Shown here piece after piece: positions 1-8,536 of a stretch of DNA of 64,000 nucleotides. The stretch is from NCBI GenBank assembly GCA_963778115.1, contig CAVZSV010000004.1, positions 2,176,001 through 2,240,000 of the forward strand, written 5' to 3'. The stretch is from an uncultured delta proteobacterium. Lineage in GTDB: Bacteria > Bdellovibrionota > FAC87 > UBA2466. Every line of letters begins with the position of its first letter. The first letter of the stretch is position 1. Below the pieces are notes generated by a model that did no database searches, was not told the origin of the DNA, and saw nothing but the letters and a program-made list of their open reading frames with translations. A program made the translations under genes and the position numbers.

Positions 1-684
1 GGTGAACATCAAGAGATCGAACTTTCTTGGGTGGGGCTACCTGCAGGTACCGCGACGATGGAAGTTCGTCGGGGCGAAGATTTTAACGGGCGCCCGACTC
101 TGGTGTTTTGGGCGAATGTTTTGTCATCGCGGCTTGTCGATGCCATTTATCATGTGGACAACACCGCAGAGACCACCGTGGATCGCGCGGCACTTATCCC
201 GTATCGTTTCCTGCTACATATGTCTGAGTCGGCACAAAAAAAAGAGACGAAAGTCACTTTCGATCACACTTTGGGGAAGGCCTATTACTGGTCTCAACGA
301 GTCTCCACAAAATGGGGTAACGATACTCAAAATCGAGTAGATGATTTGGTTCCTAAAGCGCATGACATGTTTAGCGGCATCTATTACGCGCGAACATTAA
401 ACTACCAACTCAACCAAAAGCAGTCCTTTCCTGTCTATGAAAATGGAAAAAACTGGGAAGTGGAACTCGTTCCGGTCGCTTATGAAGTGGTTACCACGAA
501 AGTGGGAGCGTTTCCCTGTTGGAAAATTCAGGTGAACGTAAAACTAAACAACGTTTTAAAACCTACCGGGAATGTTTTCATGTGGCTTAGCGATGATTCC
601 AAAAGGTATCTCGTAAAATTTGACGCCAAGATAAAAATAGGATCCCTCTACGGGAACCTGACAAGCCTTCGAGATAAACCATGA
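1..684 (+). CDS. DUF3108-family exported beta-rich protein (5'-truncated by window edge)
   Basis: Frame is open from base 1 (GEHQEIELSWVGLPAGTATM...). Motifs 'HDMFSGIYYAR', 'VTTKVGAFPCWKI' and 'MWLSDDSKRYLVKFDAKIKIGSL' are typical of DUF3108. Confidence 0.75.
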   Translation, partial: GEHQEIELSWVGLPAGTATMEVRRGEDFNGRPTLVFWANVLSSRLVDAIYHVDNTAETTVDRAALIPYRFLLHMSESAQKKETKVTFDHTLGKAYYWSQRVSTKWGNDTQNRVDDLVPKAHDMFSGIYYARTLNYQLNQKQSFPVYENGKNWEVELVPVAYEVVTTKVGAFPCWKIQVNVKLNNVLKPTGNVFMWLSDDSKRYLVKFDAKIKIGSLYGNLTSLRDKP

Positions 685-1448
685 AGGTAGCAGCGGTTGT
701 GATTACTCACAACGAAGAGGAGAACATAGCCCGATGTCTCTCCTCGCTTCAGTTCTGCGATGAGATCGTGGTGGTCGATGCGGAAAGCTCGGATCGCACT
801 AGTGAAATCGCCAAGAAGTTTACTCCGAACGTTCAAATCCGTCCTTGGAAGGGTTACTCTGAACAGAAGAATTTCGCGGTGACACTTACTTCTTGTGATT
901 GGATCTTATCGGTGGATGCTGACGAGGAGGTATCTAGCGAACTGCAAGAGGAAGTTAAAGCGACACTTAACTCACCCCAATTTTGCGCCTACTCGGTCCC
1001 GCGAAAGACCATCCACTTCGGTCGATGGATTCGACATGGCGGATGGTACCCCAATAGACTGGTTCGTCTATTTAACAAGAAACAGGGGCGTTGGGAGGGC
1101 GACCAGGTCCACGAACTTTGGAAGCCTGCGGGTGAAGTGGGGGCTTTAAAGAGCGATCTCATTCACTATTCCTTCAAAAGTCTTTCTGATCAAGTCATTC
1201 GAAATGACAAGTATTCTACTCTGGGAGCGCTTGCGCTGTCGCGGGAAGGAAGACGCTTTTCCTTCTTTAAGCTTTCCGGTAAAACCATGATGAAATTTTT
1301 CGAGACTTATTTCTTGAAGCGCGGTTTTTTAGATGGTTATCCGGGGCTTATTATCTCGGTCTCGGCAGCTTATTCGGTATTTTTGAAGTGGGCGAAGTTA
1401 TGGGAAAGGGAACTTAGTGGCTCTAAAGAAAAAATCTCACGCTCCTAA
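681..1448 (+). CDS. GT2 glycosyltransferase, WaaE/KdtX-like LPS beta-1,4-glucosyltransferase
   Basis: 'VITHNEEENIARCL', 'DAESSDRT', 'WILSVDADE', 'GGWYPNRLVRLF', 'VHE' and 'KRGFLDGYPG' motifs. Confidence 0.88.
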   Translation: MKVAAVVITHNEEENIARCLSSLQFCDEIVVVDAESSDRTSEIAKKFTPNVQIRPWKGYSEQKNFAVTLTSCDWILSVDADEEVSSELQEEVKATLNSPQFCAYSVPRKTIHFGRWIRHGGWYPNRLVRLFNKKQGRWEGDQVHELWKPAGEVGALKSDLIHYSFKSLSDQVIRNDKYSTLGALALSREGRRFSFFKLSGKTMMKFFETYFLKRGFLDGYPGLIISVSAAYSVFLKWAKLWERELSGSKEKISRS

Positions 1449-2133
1449 GCATTTGGGATTTGTCGTCGCCATTGACGGACCTTCGGGAGCGGGCAAATCG
1501 ACCGTGAGCCGACAGCTCGCTGAGGCGCTGGGCGGTAAGCTCCTGGACACGGGTGCTATGTACCGAGCCGTCGCTTATTTCTCGATCAAAGAGAAACAAA
1601 ATGACCCGGAAGCTTTTGCGGCGATCTCTCGAAGGTTGCATTTCGATATGGATCCGCATACGGGCTCCATTCTCGTGAACGGCGTCGATTTAGGCGCCAA
1701 ACTTCGTACCGAAAAGGTTAGTTTAATGGCTTCTCACGTGAGCCAATTTCCTGAAGTCAGGCGGTTGCTCACGATGAGGCAGCGGGGACTTGCACGCAAG
1801 TGGAGTCGCAAGATCCCAGTCGTCGTTGAAGGGCGAGACATTGGAACCGTCGTCTTTCCGAAAGTCAGGTTTAAATTTTTCGTCACCGCCGACGCCGAAG
1901 TTCGCGCCAAGCGTCGGTTTCACCAGCTTCAACGCCAAGGCACCAAAGGCGTTCGATTAAAAACCATTTTGAAAAAAAGCCAAGAAAGAGATCGGCAAGA
2001 CTCGACGAGAAAAGTGGCGCCCCTTAAGTGTCCCAAAGACGCCGTCGTGGTGGACACCTCGGACATGGCTATCTCTCAGGTGGTGCACTTCATGGCAAAC
2101 CACATCAAGGCACGAAATTTTCCAGAAGGATAG
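1417..2133 (+). CDS. cmk: cytidylate kinase
   Basis: 'VAIDGPSGAGKST' P-loop, 'LDTGAMYRAVA', 'EGRDIGTVVFP', 'ERDRQDSTRKVAPL'. Confidence 0.96.
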   Translation: MALKKKSHAPKHLGFVVAIDGPSGAGKSTVSRQLAEALGGKLLDTGAMYRAVAYFSIKEKQNDPEAFAAISRRLHFDMDPHTGSILVNGVDLGAKLRTEKVSLMASHVSQFPEVRRLLTMRQRGLARKWSRKIPVVVEGRDIGTVVFPKVRFKFFVTADAEVRAKRRFHQLQRQGTKGVRLKTILKKSQERDRQDSTRKVAPLKCPKDAVVVDTSDMAISQVVHFMANHIKARNFPEG

Positions 2134-2152
2134 TTAGCCCTATCACGATCCC

Positions 2153-2544
2153 ATGAAGCGATTGTCTTTCCTGCTAATGGCAATTAATGCCGACTCTGAC
2201 GATCTCGCGGATAGTAGGTACGTGATGGGTCGAATAGTAAACCATCTAGCCAATTCTCCCGCCATCGATCAGGCCATAGCGATATATACCTTAGCCCGTC
2301 TGGGGGACTCGGCAGCTACTGCGGACGATCTAGTTAAATACAATTGCGCGTTTTAGCTTCCGATCTTGAATCGCCTGAACGTCGGGATTTTTATCTCAGA
2401 CTCAACGGCACTTCGGCTGAAATGATTTTTTATCACCATCAGCCTTACGAAATAGCCAGTGTTTCCCTTAAGCTTTCAGAGCTGCTGAAACGCTCGTGCG
2501 TCTATGCAATAGTGAAGGCAAAGATTGCCCATGGTGGCTTATAG
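2153..2544 (+). pseudogene. ~130-aa hypothetical protein split by a 1-nt frameshift (or assembly indel)
   Basis: ORFs 2153..2356 and 2344..2544 join in one frame (...VKYNCAF-LASDLESPERR...) if one T is added to the TTTT at 2351-2354. Confidence 0.45.
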
Positions 2545-2569
2545 AAAGTGAAGTAGGGGAATGGGGGAA

Positions 2570-2902
2570 CTAGCGAGGGTCATCATCATCGTAGCCGCGC
2601 TTTTGGCCTTCTAAGGCTTCCATACTTTTTGTCGCGGCGGCGACGTTTTTCTTAAGCTCGCCTTCGTACTGTGCCAACACTCGTTTTTCTAGTTCCGAGC
2701 GCATTTCGCTGTTGAGGGGATGGGCGATATCGCGGAAAGTGCCGTCTTTGCGCTTTTTGCTAGGCATCGCGACGAAAAGTCCCGTGTTGCCGTTGATGAT
2801 TTTGAGGTCGCGGACCACAAAGCAGTTGTCGAAGATGATAGTGACGTAGGCCTTTAACTTATCCTCGTTTACCGGGAAGACTTTGACTTCTGTGATTTCC
2901 AT
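2570..2902 (-). CDS. spoVG: SpoVG nucleic-acid-binding regulator
   Basis: 'MEITEVKVFPVNEDKLKAYVTIIFDNCFVVRDLKII..GLFVAMPSKKRKDGTFRDIAHPLN'. An AAGGAG RBS supports the ATG at 2902. Confidence 0.96.
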   Translation of the reverse strand: MEITEVKVFPVNEDKLKAYVTIIFDNCFVVRDLKIINGNTGLFVAMPSKKRKDGTFRDIAHPLNSEMRSELEKRVLAQYEGELKKNVAAATKSMEALEGQKRGYDDDDPR

Positions 2903-2955
2903 GTTGTGCTCCTTAACGTCGTCAGCCTTACTCAAGTCCCTGTAGAGGTTTTGGT

Positions 2956-3867
2956 TCAATCGCCTAAATAAGTTCCTGTCTGCAGGAACCTACAATGGTA
3001 TTTTCGGCACCAATGCCGCACAGCTTTAGCACTTTTTTCCTGTTGATTAACTGAAGCATACAACGCGAAGCAGCTAGATCCGCTGCCCGACATTCCGGCC
3101 ATTAAGCAGTCAGTATCTTTCAATAATTGAATTGCCCGGGCTATCAGCGGGTGGCGGGAGACGGCGAAAGGCTCTAGGTCGTTGTGGGTCGCCTCACACC
3201 ACGTTTTCAACCCGAGTAATTCTACAGGTTCCTTGGGAAAGGGAGTTACTTTTGAAAAAGGGGCGTTGGCTAATCGATACCCCTCAAAAATTTCAACCGT
3301 AGGCACCGCGATCGGAGAAAGAATCAGCGTAAAGCGAATATGGTTTCTTATCTCGTCAGAGATCTCTATTTCTCGGATCTGCTCCCCTATTCCGGTAACC
3401 AAAGCAGGCTTCGGATTCAAAAAGAATGGGACGTCGGCCCCCAACTGAGGGGCTATCCGCTGCGCGGCTTCGCAAGAGAGCAGCGAATTTCCGACGAGAT
3501 AACGCAGAACGGTGCCTGCGTTGGAAGAGCCTCCTCCTAACCCGGCTCCCATGGGGATCCGCTTTTGAATCGAAATCCGCTTTGAAGTGGAAGGATTTGC
3601 CCTTTGCCACGCCTCCATTGCCAAATTGTCTTTGCTCTCTGGCAAAGAGGGAGTGGGAGTATGGTCGCAAGAAACGTCTTGCGTCCACTTCATGTCTACG
3701 GCGGGCGCCGCACTTTCAGAAAATAAAATTTCATCCGCGAAATCCAAGGGCCAAAAAAGACTCTCGATAAGATGGTAACCGTCCGCGCGTCGCCCCACGA
3801 TTTTAAGTCCCACGTTAATTTTGGCGGGAGAGCGCAATCGGGACTTTCCTTTACAGTCGAACAACAT
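2956..3867 (-). CDS. ispE: 4-diphosphocytidyl-2-C-methyl-D-erythritol kinase
   Basis: 'SPAKINVGLKIVGRRADGYH', 'KRIPMGAGLGGGSSNA', 'LGADVPFF', 'NDLE', 'MSGSGSSCF'. Confidence 0.96.
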   Translation of the reverse strand: MLFDCKGKSRLRSPAKINVGLKIVGRRADGYHLIESLFWPLDFADEILFSESAAPAVDMKWTQDVSCDHTPTPSLPESKDNLAMEAWQRANPSTSKRISIQKRIPMGAGLGGGSSNAGTVLRYLVGNSLLSCEAAQRIAPQLGADVPFFLNPKPALVTGIGEQIREIEISDEIRNHIRFTLILSPIAVPTVEIFEGYRLANAPFSKVTPFPKEPVELLGLKTWCEATHNDLEPFAVSRHPLIARAIQLLKDTDCLMAGMSGSGSSCFALYASVNQQEKSAKAVRHWCRKYHCRFLQTGTYLGD

Positions 3868-4130
3868 CTGGTCACGCCGGCTAATTGAGGAAATAGGGCT
3901 AAACTCCTAAGGCTTTAACTGAGTTGCAGCTTCGCATCCCCCCTCCGTTTGTCCACAAGTTTCACAAAACCCCCGATTGGAACCCAAATAATACATGTAA
4001 TTTCAATTAGTTAATTCCATCAAGTCGGGCACGTTAATTGTAATCAAGTACGAAGGGTCCGTAAAAACTCCAAATCGGGGCGGTTGGCTATTGGTTCGGT
4101 TGACGTAGCCGGGAAGTCGTTAAGAGGGAT

Positions 4131-4409
4131 ATGAGGAACAAGCTTCAGTACGCATACAGCATTTTCGTGTTCGCGGGAGTGCTGGTAACCGCCTACATGA
4201 TGATGAATCGTGAGGGCAGCATTCGTACGCCTTTTGCTTCCATGCAGCCCACCTCGACGCTTCGCTCCGAAGCCACCCTAGTCGATCCTGCGGTAACCTC
4301 ACTCTTTGAAATGGAAGATGCGCTTTCTCGACTAAAAAAGGACAAGAAAGACGACACCAAACGAGTTCCCACGACTCAAGGAAAGCCCATCTTTGAAATT
4401 CCTCGTTAA
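4131..4409 (+). CDS. small membrane-anchored hypothetical protein
   Basis: AGAGGGA RBS, N-terminal hydrophobic helix, and it fills the gap before lpxH. Confidence 0.6.
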   Translation: MRNKLQYAYSIFVFAGVLVTAYMMMNREGSIRTPFASMQPTSTLRSEATLVDPAVTSLFEMEDALSRLKKDKKDDTKRVPTTQGKPIFEIPR

Positions 4410-4484
4410 TGCGAGCTGTTAATTCCGCTTTGAACATCTCAACCGTTCTTTACGTTTTTGCTTACTCAAGATAGACCTTCTTTG

Positions 4485-5225
4485 ATGACCGCTATATTCG
4501 TTTCCGACGTGCATCTCAGGGACGGGACGAGTGTTAAAACAACTTTGTTTGTCCGCTTTCTCCAAGAAGTCGCCTCTCAATTCAAGAAGATCTATCTTCT
4601 AGGGGACGTTTTTGACGTTTGGCCCGGAACCACGCCTTTTCTCGTCAGGCAATATCGCCCGGTCCTTCAAGTTCTCAAGCACCTAGTGGAAGACGGCCAT
4701 GAGGTTCATTTCCTCGAAGGAAACCACGATTTCCGTTTGGGAGACTACTTTTCCGATTATTTGGGCATTAAAGTCCACTCGAAAGTGATTACCGAAAATT
4801 GGAGCGGAAAGAAAATCTTCATGGCTCATGGCGATTTAGGAAATCCCAGAGATATTAGTTACCGATGTCTGCGTTATGTTCTGCGCCATAATCTGACTCA
4901 GTCGGTAATGCGGGCACTTCCGCAAGACTATGTTTATCGGATGGGAGAAAAGAGCTCCAAACTAAGTCGCAAATATCAAAAACACTCGGAAAAAGTGGAA
5001 TCACAGATTCGCCAGATTTACCGGCGTACCGCCGAGGGAATTTTCCGGGACGGATACGACGTCGTCATTATGGGGCACACGCACTTACCTGACGATGTAA
5101 CCGCTGAAATCGGCAACCGCACCTGCCGTTATATCAATACCGGTGATTGGGTATCCCATTTTACTTACCTTGAGTTTGACGGTTCTCAATTTTATACTAA
5201 GACCCATCCGGTAAAGAATCTTTAG
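4485..5225 (+). CDS. lpxH: UDP-2,3-diacylglucosamine diphosphatase (LpxH-like metallophosphoesterase)
   Basis: 'FVSDVHL', 'LLGDVFDVW', 'EGNHDF', 'AHGD', 'MGHTH', 'YINTGDW'. Confidence 0.85.
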   Translation: MTAIFVSDVHLRDGTSVKTTLFVRFLQEVASQFKKIYLLGDVFDVWPGTTPFLVRQYRPVLQVLKHLVEDGHEVHFLEGNHDFRLGDYFSDYLGIKVHSKVITENWSGKKIFMAHGDLGNPRDISYRCLRYVLRHNLTQSVMRALPQDYVYRMGEKSSKLSRKYQKHSEKVESQIRQIYRRTAEGIFRDGYDVVIMGHTHLPDDVTAEIGNRTCRYINTGDWVSHFTYLEFDGSQFYTKTHPVKNL

Positions 5226-5251
5226 CATCTCCTTCTGAGGTCTCAACTAAG

Positions 5252-6556
5252 ATGAATGAAGCTATGACGGGTACTTCGGTCGCTGATTTTAACTTCAGCG
5301 ACGAGCTGCCCAATCGATGGCCTCTATTGCTCGACGGCATCAAACGAGAAGGGGTGACACAGCTCACCACTAGACTCCGTTGGGGAGCACATGAATCCCT
5401 GAAGAATGTGAGAGACTTTTCTACGGCATCCCGGCTTAGGCTGGAGCGTTTTCTTAAGCTCGCCCATGAAAGACAGTTGAGCGTCGAACTCCACATCGGC
5501 TTTCCCTCCACTCCGGACGCTTTTCCGGCTTGGACTAAAGGCACTACCAGCTCGAACCTAGTTTTCAGCTCGGCGCTGGATCCCGCGCTGGAGAGTTTGG
5601 AACTCGTTCAGATTCCGGCACTCGAAGAAGACGATTTTCGTCTTGGTTTCGTCGATTTTGTTCGCGACGTGCTTAACATCGTATCACTCTATTGCTCCGC
5701 CGAAGGGCCTGTGAGCAAAGTCGTCGTCGACCTCGAATTGTATTGGGGCAGTCTCAATGCCATGCAAAGCAAATCTTATGCGCCCTCTTTGGAGCGTAGG
5801 TACGGTTCCATAGACAACTTTAATACCATTTTTGGAACCAGCTTTCGTAGCTTCGAAGCTGCCTCTTCCGCCCAATCGGCCAGATTGCTCGCGGATAGGC
5901 GCCCCTGGCTTGTCGCTTTTGATTATAAGAGCTTTCAGCGCGACTATTTCATTGAACTGGAAAAGGCGATTCGTGTACTTGAATCAGGAAAAGAGATGAG
6001 TGGTTTTCTTCGATTTACTCGTCACAGCACAGTAGTACCTAAAGAAACTCCCTGGCTTGTCGCTTTTGATTCTACGTTGCTTTCCGAAACCAATAGCCGG
6101 GTTTTCCCCTTTTTCCCGGGCGGGTTTGTCAATCGGTCCGCCATCACGACGTATCGGTTTCATTCCTATTTAGAGACGGAAGCCCGCAAATCGAAAATTC
6201 CTTTTTGCCGGTTCGGCGGATTTGATCACTTTCCCCAAGACGTTAACCGACCGATAGTCGTCGTTTGCGGGAAATATCTTCAGCGCAAAGATTACGATCG
6301 GATGGAAGCTTTATTAAAGAGCGGAGGAAGACTAGTTTTCCCCTCAGGTTTCCCGCAATACGATGAAAAAATGAATTGTTACCAGTGGCCTGTGACTTCG
6401 GCGGGAAAATTTTCGGCCCCTTTTATTAGTCTCAAACATTGTGAAGGCAGCATCGTGGTTCCGGCAAAGTCTTTGACTTACGGCGACACTTTTTGGTCTG
6501 AACTGCAGACCCTCATGCGAACCGTATTGGAGAACCGCCCTGAGGTAACCGTATGA
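5252..6556 (+). CDS. divergent GH35/GH42 beta-galactosidase-like protein
   Basis: The N-terminus 'WPLLLDGIKREGVTQLTTRLRWGAHE...DF...LERFLKLAHERQLSVELHIG..FPAW' follows the GH35 barrel start. 'LERRYGSIDNFNTIFGTSFRSF' matches the GH42-type motif. Confidence 0.6.
   Translation: MNEAMTGTSVADFNFSDELPNRWPLLLDGIKREGVTQLTTRLRWGAHESLKNVRDFSTASRLRLERFLKLAHERQLSVELHIGFPSTPDAFPAWTKGTTSSNLVFSSALDPALESLELVQIPALEEDDFRLGFVDFVRDVLNIVSLYCSAEGPVSKVVVDLELYWGSLNAMQSKSYAPSLERRYGSIDNFNTIFGTSFRSFEAASSAQSARLLADRRPWLVAFDYKSFQRDYFIELEKAIRVLESGKEMSGFLRFTRHSTVVPKETPWLVAFDSTLLSETNSRVFPFFPGGFVNRSAITTYRFHSYLETEARKSKIPFCRFGGFDHFPQDVNRPIVVVCGKYLQRKDYDRMEALLKSGGRLVFPSGFPQYDEKMNCYQWPVTSAGKFSAPFISLKHCEGSIVVPAKSLTYGDTFWSELQTLMRTVLENRPEVTV
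5903..6071 (+). repeat. exact 22-bp direct repeat CCCTGGCTTGTCGCTTTTGATT (5903-5924 and 6050-6071)
   Basis: Read directly. The copies are 147 bp apart, in frame, and both encode PWLVAFD. Confidence 0.9.
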
Positions 6557-7332
6557 CCCCAATGAATATAGGTTCGCTTTACTTTACTCCGTCCTTTTCT
6601 TCTTCGGATCGGCAGTCTTTTTTTTGCGCCTTAGGCTTAGACCAACTTCCCTTTCTCTATATTGAATCCGTTGATTCTGGAGCCATTCTTTCAGCCATGG
6701 AAGTGAGCAACGGAACCGGCAGCCCGCTTCTCGAGCCGACTGAATTAAATGAACTTGGAGATCTTACCTGCGAAAGTGGCGCTACGGTTCTTTTGGAACA
6801 TACCGAAGGACATCTTGCTTGTGTTGCCGCGCCTTCAATTCCCTCGCTATGGCGAGATCTATTTCCTTTCCCTTTTAATGCCATCTCCTATCGATTCAAT
6901 CCCGTTGCCGGCATCAGGCTTTCTCTGAGACCGGCAAGCTTCTCTGAAAAAATAGCTGCCCTTAACGAAGCCTTGGTTGATTTGGAGCAGCACATGATGC
7001 GATTCGAAGTCAGTATCCTGACAATTAAGCGGGAGACCCGTAGTTTCCCTACCCTGTTTCACTACGTGCGTTCCAAGCGAATTCGAGTAGGGACCTCGGA
7101 GGTGCTAAAGGATTTGGCGGCCCGGGTTGACCGCAACGAGATCGGAGCCTCTGACGTACGCCAGTTCTTCGGCACCCGAGTCGGTTGGTTTGAGCTAGAT
7201 CTACAGGCTAACGAGGCCACCGATCCTGTCCAAAGGGTACTTTCGGCGATTGAACGGATGGTGCTCCCTGGGCCGCCGGAGACGGGATTTTCCCCTGGCA
7301 TTGCCGCACCTCATCCCGAAATTAGTTTGTAA
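6553..7332 (+). CDS. hypothetical protein
   Basis: 259-aa ORF coupled to the upstream gene by an ATGA overlap. No recognised family. Confidence 0.7.
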   Translation: MTPMNIGSLYFTPSFSSSDRQSFFCALGLDQLPFLYIESVDSGAILSAMEVSNGTGSPLLEPTELNELGDLTCESGATVLLEHTEGHLACVAAPSIPSLWRDLFPFPFNAISYRFNPVAGIRLSLRPASFSEKIAALNEALVDLEQHMMRFEVSILTIKRETRSFPTLFHYVRSKRIRVGTSEVLKDLAARVDRNEIGASDVRQFFGTRVGWFELDLQANEATDPVQRVLSAIERMVLPGPPETGFSPGIAAPHPEISL

Positions 7333-7366
7333 ACCCCCTCCATTCCTGATACTTGGATGTTTTCAA

Positions 7367-7474
7367 TCCTTGCTCTACCCAAGAGGTAGGGCCGGACTTG
7401 AGCCTAGCTTTTTAGCACTTTTTAAGTGGTGACCGGTTGTCACCTGGGAACAAGGCCAGACCGAAAGGAGCCAT
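7367..7474 (+). promoter_or_regulatory. rpsF (S6:S18) ribosomal protein leader RNA
   Basis: TCCTTGC(7367)...GGGCCG...AGACCGAAAGGAG-ccatATG. The 5' UCCUU can pair with the SD AAGGA, and a CCG lies next to the SD, as in S6:S18 leaders. Confidence 0.6.
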
Positions 7475-7867
7475 ATGTCTACTGCAAGTACTCACTGCTA
7501 CGAAACCGTCTATCTTCTTAAGCCAGGAATATCAGAGACTGATGCGTCGACGATCCACTCTAAGGTCGACAATGTTATTTCGAAATTTCAAGGCAACCTC
7601 AACGTTCGTGACGATTGGGGTGTTTCTGAGTTGGCCTACGAGATCAAAAACGAGCGCAATGGTCGCTTCGTGGTCATTCATTATAGCGGCGCCAAAGGCA
7701 TCGTTGAGGAGATCGAACGGCATTTTAAGATTTTAGATGACGTCATTCGCTATATGACCGTGCAGGTCCCGAGTGATTACGACTATCAAAAGATCAAAAA
7801 GCAGATCCAGACTTCCGAAGAAGAGTTCAAAAAGAACCGCGAACTGAGGAAGAAGGGACAGATGTGA
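7475..7867 (+). CDS. rpsF: 30S ribosomal protein S6
   Basis: 'YETVYLLKP', 'DDWG...LAYEIK...G.F', 'EEIERHFKILDDVIRYMTV'. Confidence 0.96.
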   Translation: MSTASTHCYETVYLLKPGISETDASTIHSKVDNVISKFQGNLNVRDDWGVSELAYEIKNERNGRFVVIHYSGAKGIVEEIERHFKILDDVIRYMTVQVPSDYDYQKIKKQIQTSEEEFKKNRELRKKGQM

Positions 7868-8190
7868 GTTTGCCCGAAGAAGGTGGCGAAAACCGCGTTT
7901 ACCTGACAGGTAAAGTGAGCCGAAAAGGCTCATTAAAATATACCCCGTCCGGGGTAGCGGTTTGCGATTTCACCTTCGCTGTTCGGCAAAATCACTTCGA
8001 TAAGGCCTCAACAGGGTATTTTGAAGTTCAAGTTTTGGGAAAGTCGGCGGAAGACAGAGCCGCCGACCTAAAAATTGGAAAAAAACTTCGGCTAAGCGGC
8101 AGTCTCTGGGCCCGATCCTTTAAGGATCGCCAAGGACGCCTGGTAAATGAAACCAAGGTGCTGGCCGAAAATATTCAGGAAGCTATTTAG
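7864..8190 (+). CDS. short SSB/PriB-like OB-fold single-stranded DNA-binding protein
   Basis: 'NRVYLTGKV...LKYTPSGVAVCDFTFAV'. It lies between rpsF and rpsR and has no acidic DDDIPF tail. Confidence 0.85.
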   Translation: MSLPEEGGENRVYLTGKVSRKGSLKYTPSGVAVCDFTFAVRQNHFDKASTGYFEVQVLGKSAEDRAADLKIGKKLRLSGSLWARSFKDRQGRLVNETKVLAENIQEAI

Positions 8191-8198
8191 GAGGGATC

Positions 8199-8525
8199 AT
8201 GAAACGATTCGAAGATAAGGAAAGAGGCGGTGACCGTGGAGGCGACCGAGGCGGAGATCGCGGTGGTGATAGAGGCGATCGTGGGGGCGGAGGAGGAGAA
8301 AAGCGCTCTTTCCAGAAACGACGAGGATGTCGCTTTTGCGCGGAACCGGGCTTGGTCATCGACTACAAAGACAAATACATCTATTCGTCAGCGGTGACGG
8401 AGCGTTTTAAAATCGTTCCCCGGCGAATTTCGGGCAACTGCGCCGGACACCAACGGGATCTCACTATTGCCATTAAGCGGGCGCGCCATATTGGAATTAT
8501 TCCATACACGACGGCGCAGTTCTAG
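8199..8525 (+). CDS. rpsR: 30S ribosomal protein S18 with N-terminal (RGGD)n extension
   Basis: 'CRFC...IDYKD...KIVPRRISGNCAGHQRDLTIAIKRARHIGIIPY' (Zn-binding C+ form). Confidence 0.96.
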   Translation: MKRFEDKERGGDRGGDRGGDRGGDRGDRGGGGGEKRSFQKRRGCRFCAEPGLVIDYKDKYIYSSAVTERFKIVPRRISGNCAGHQRDLTIAIKRARHIGIIPYTTAQF

Positions 8526-8536
8526 AGCGGGAACTA

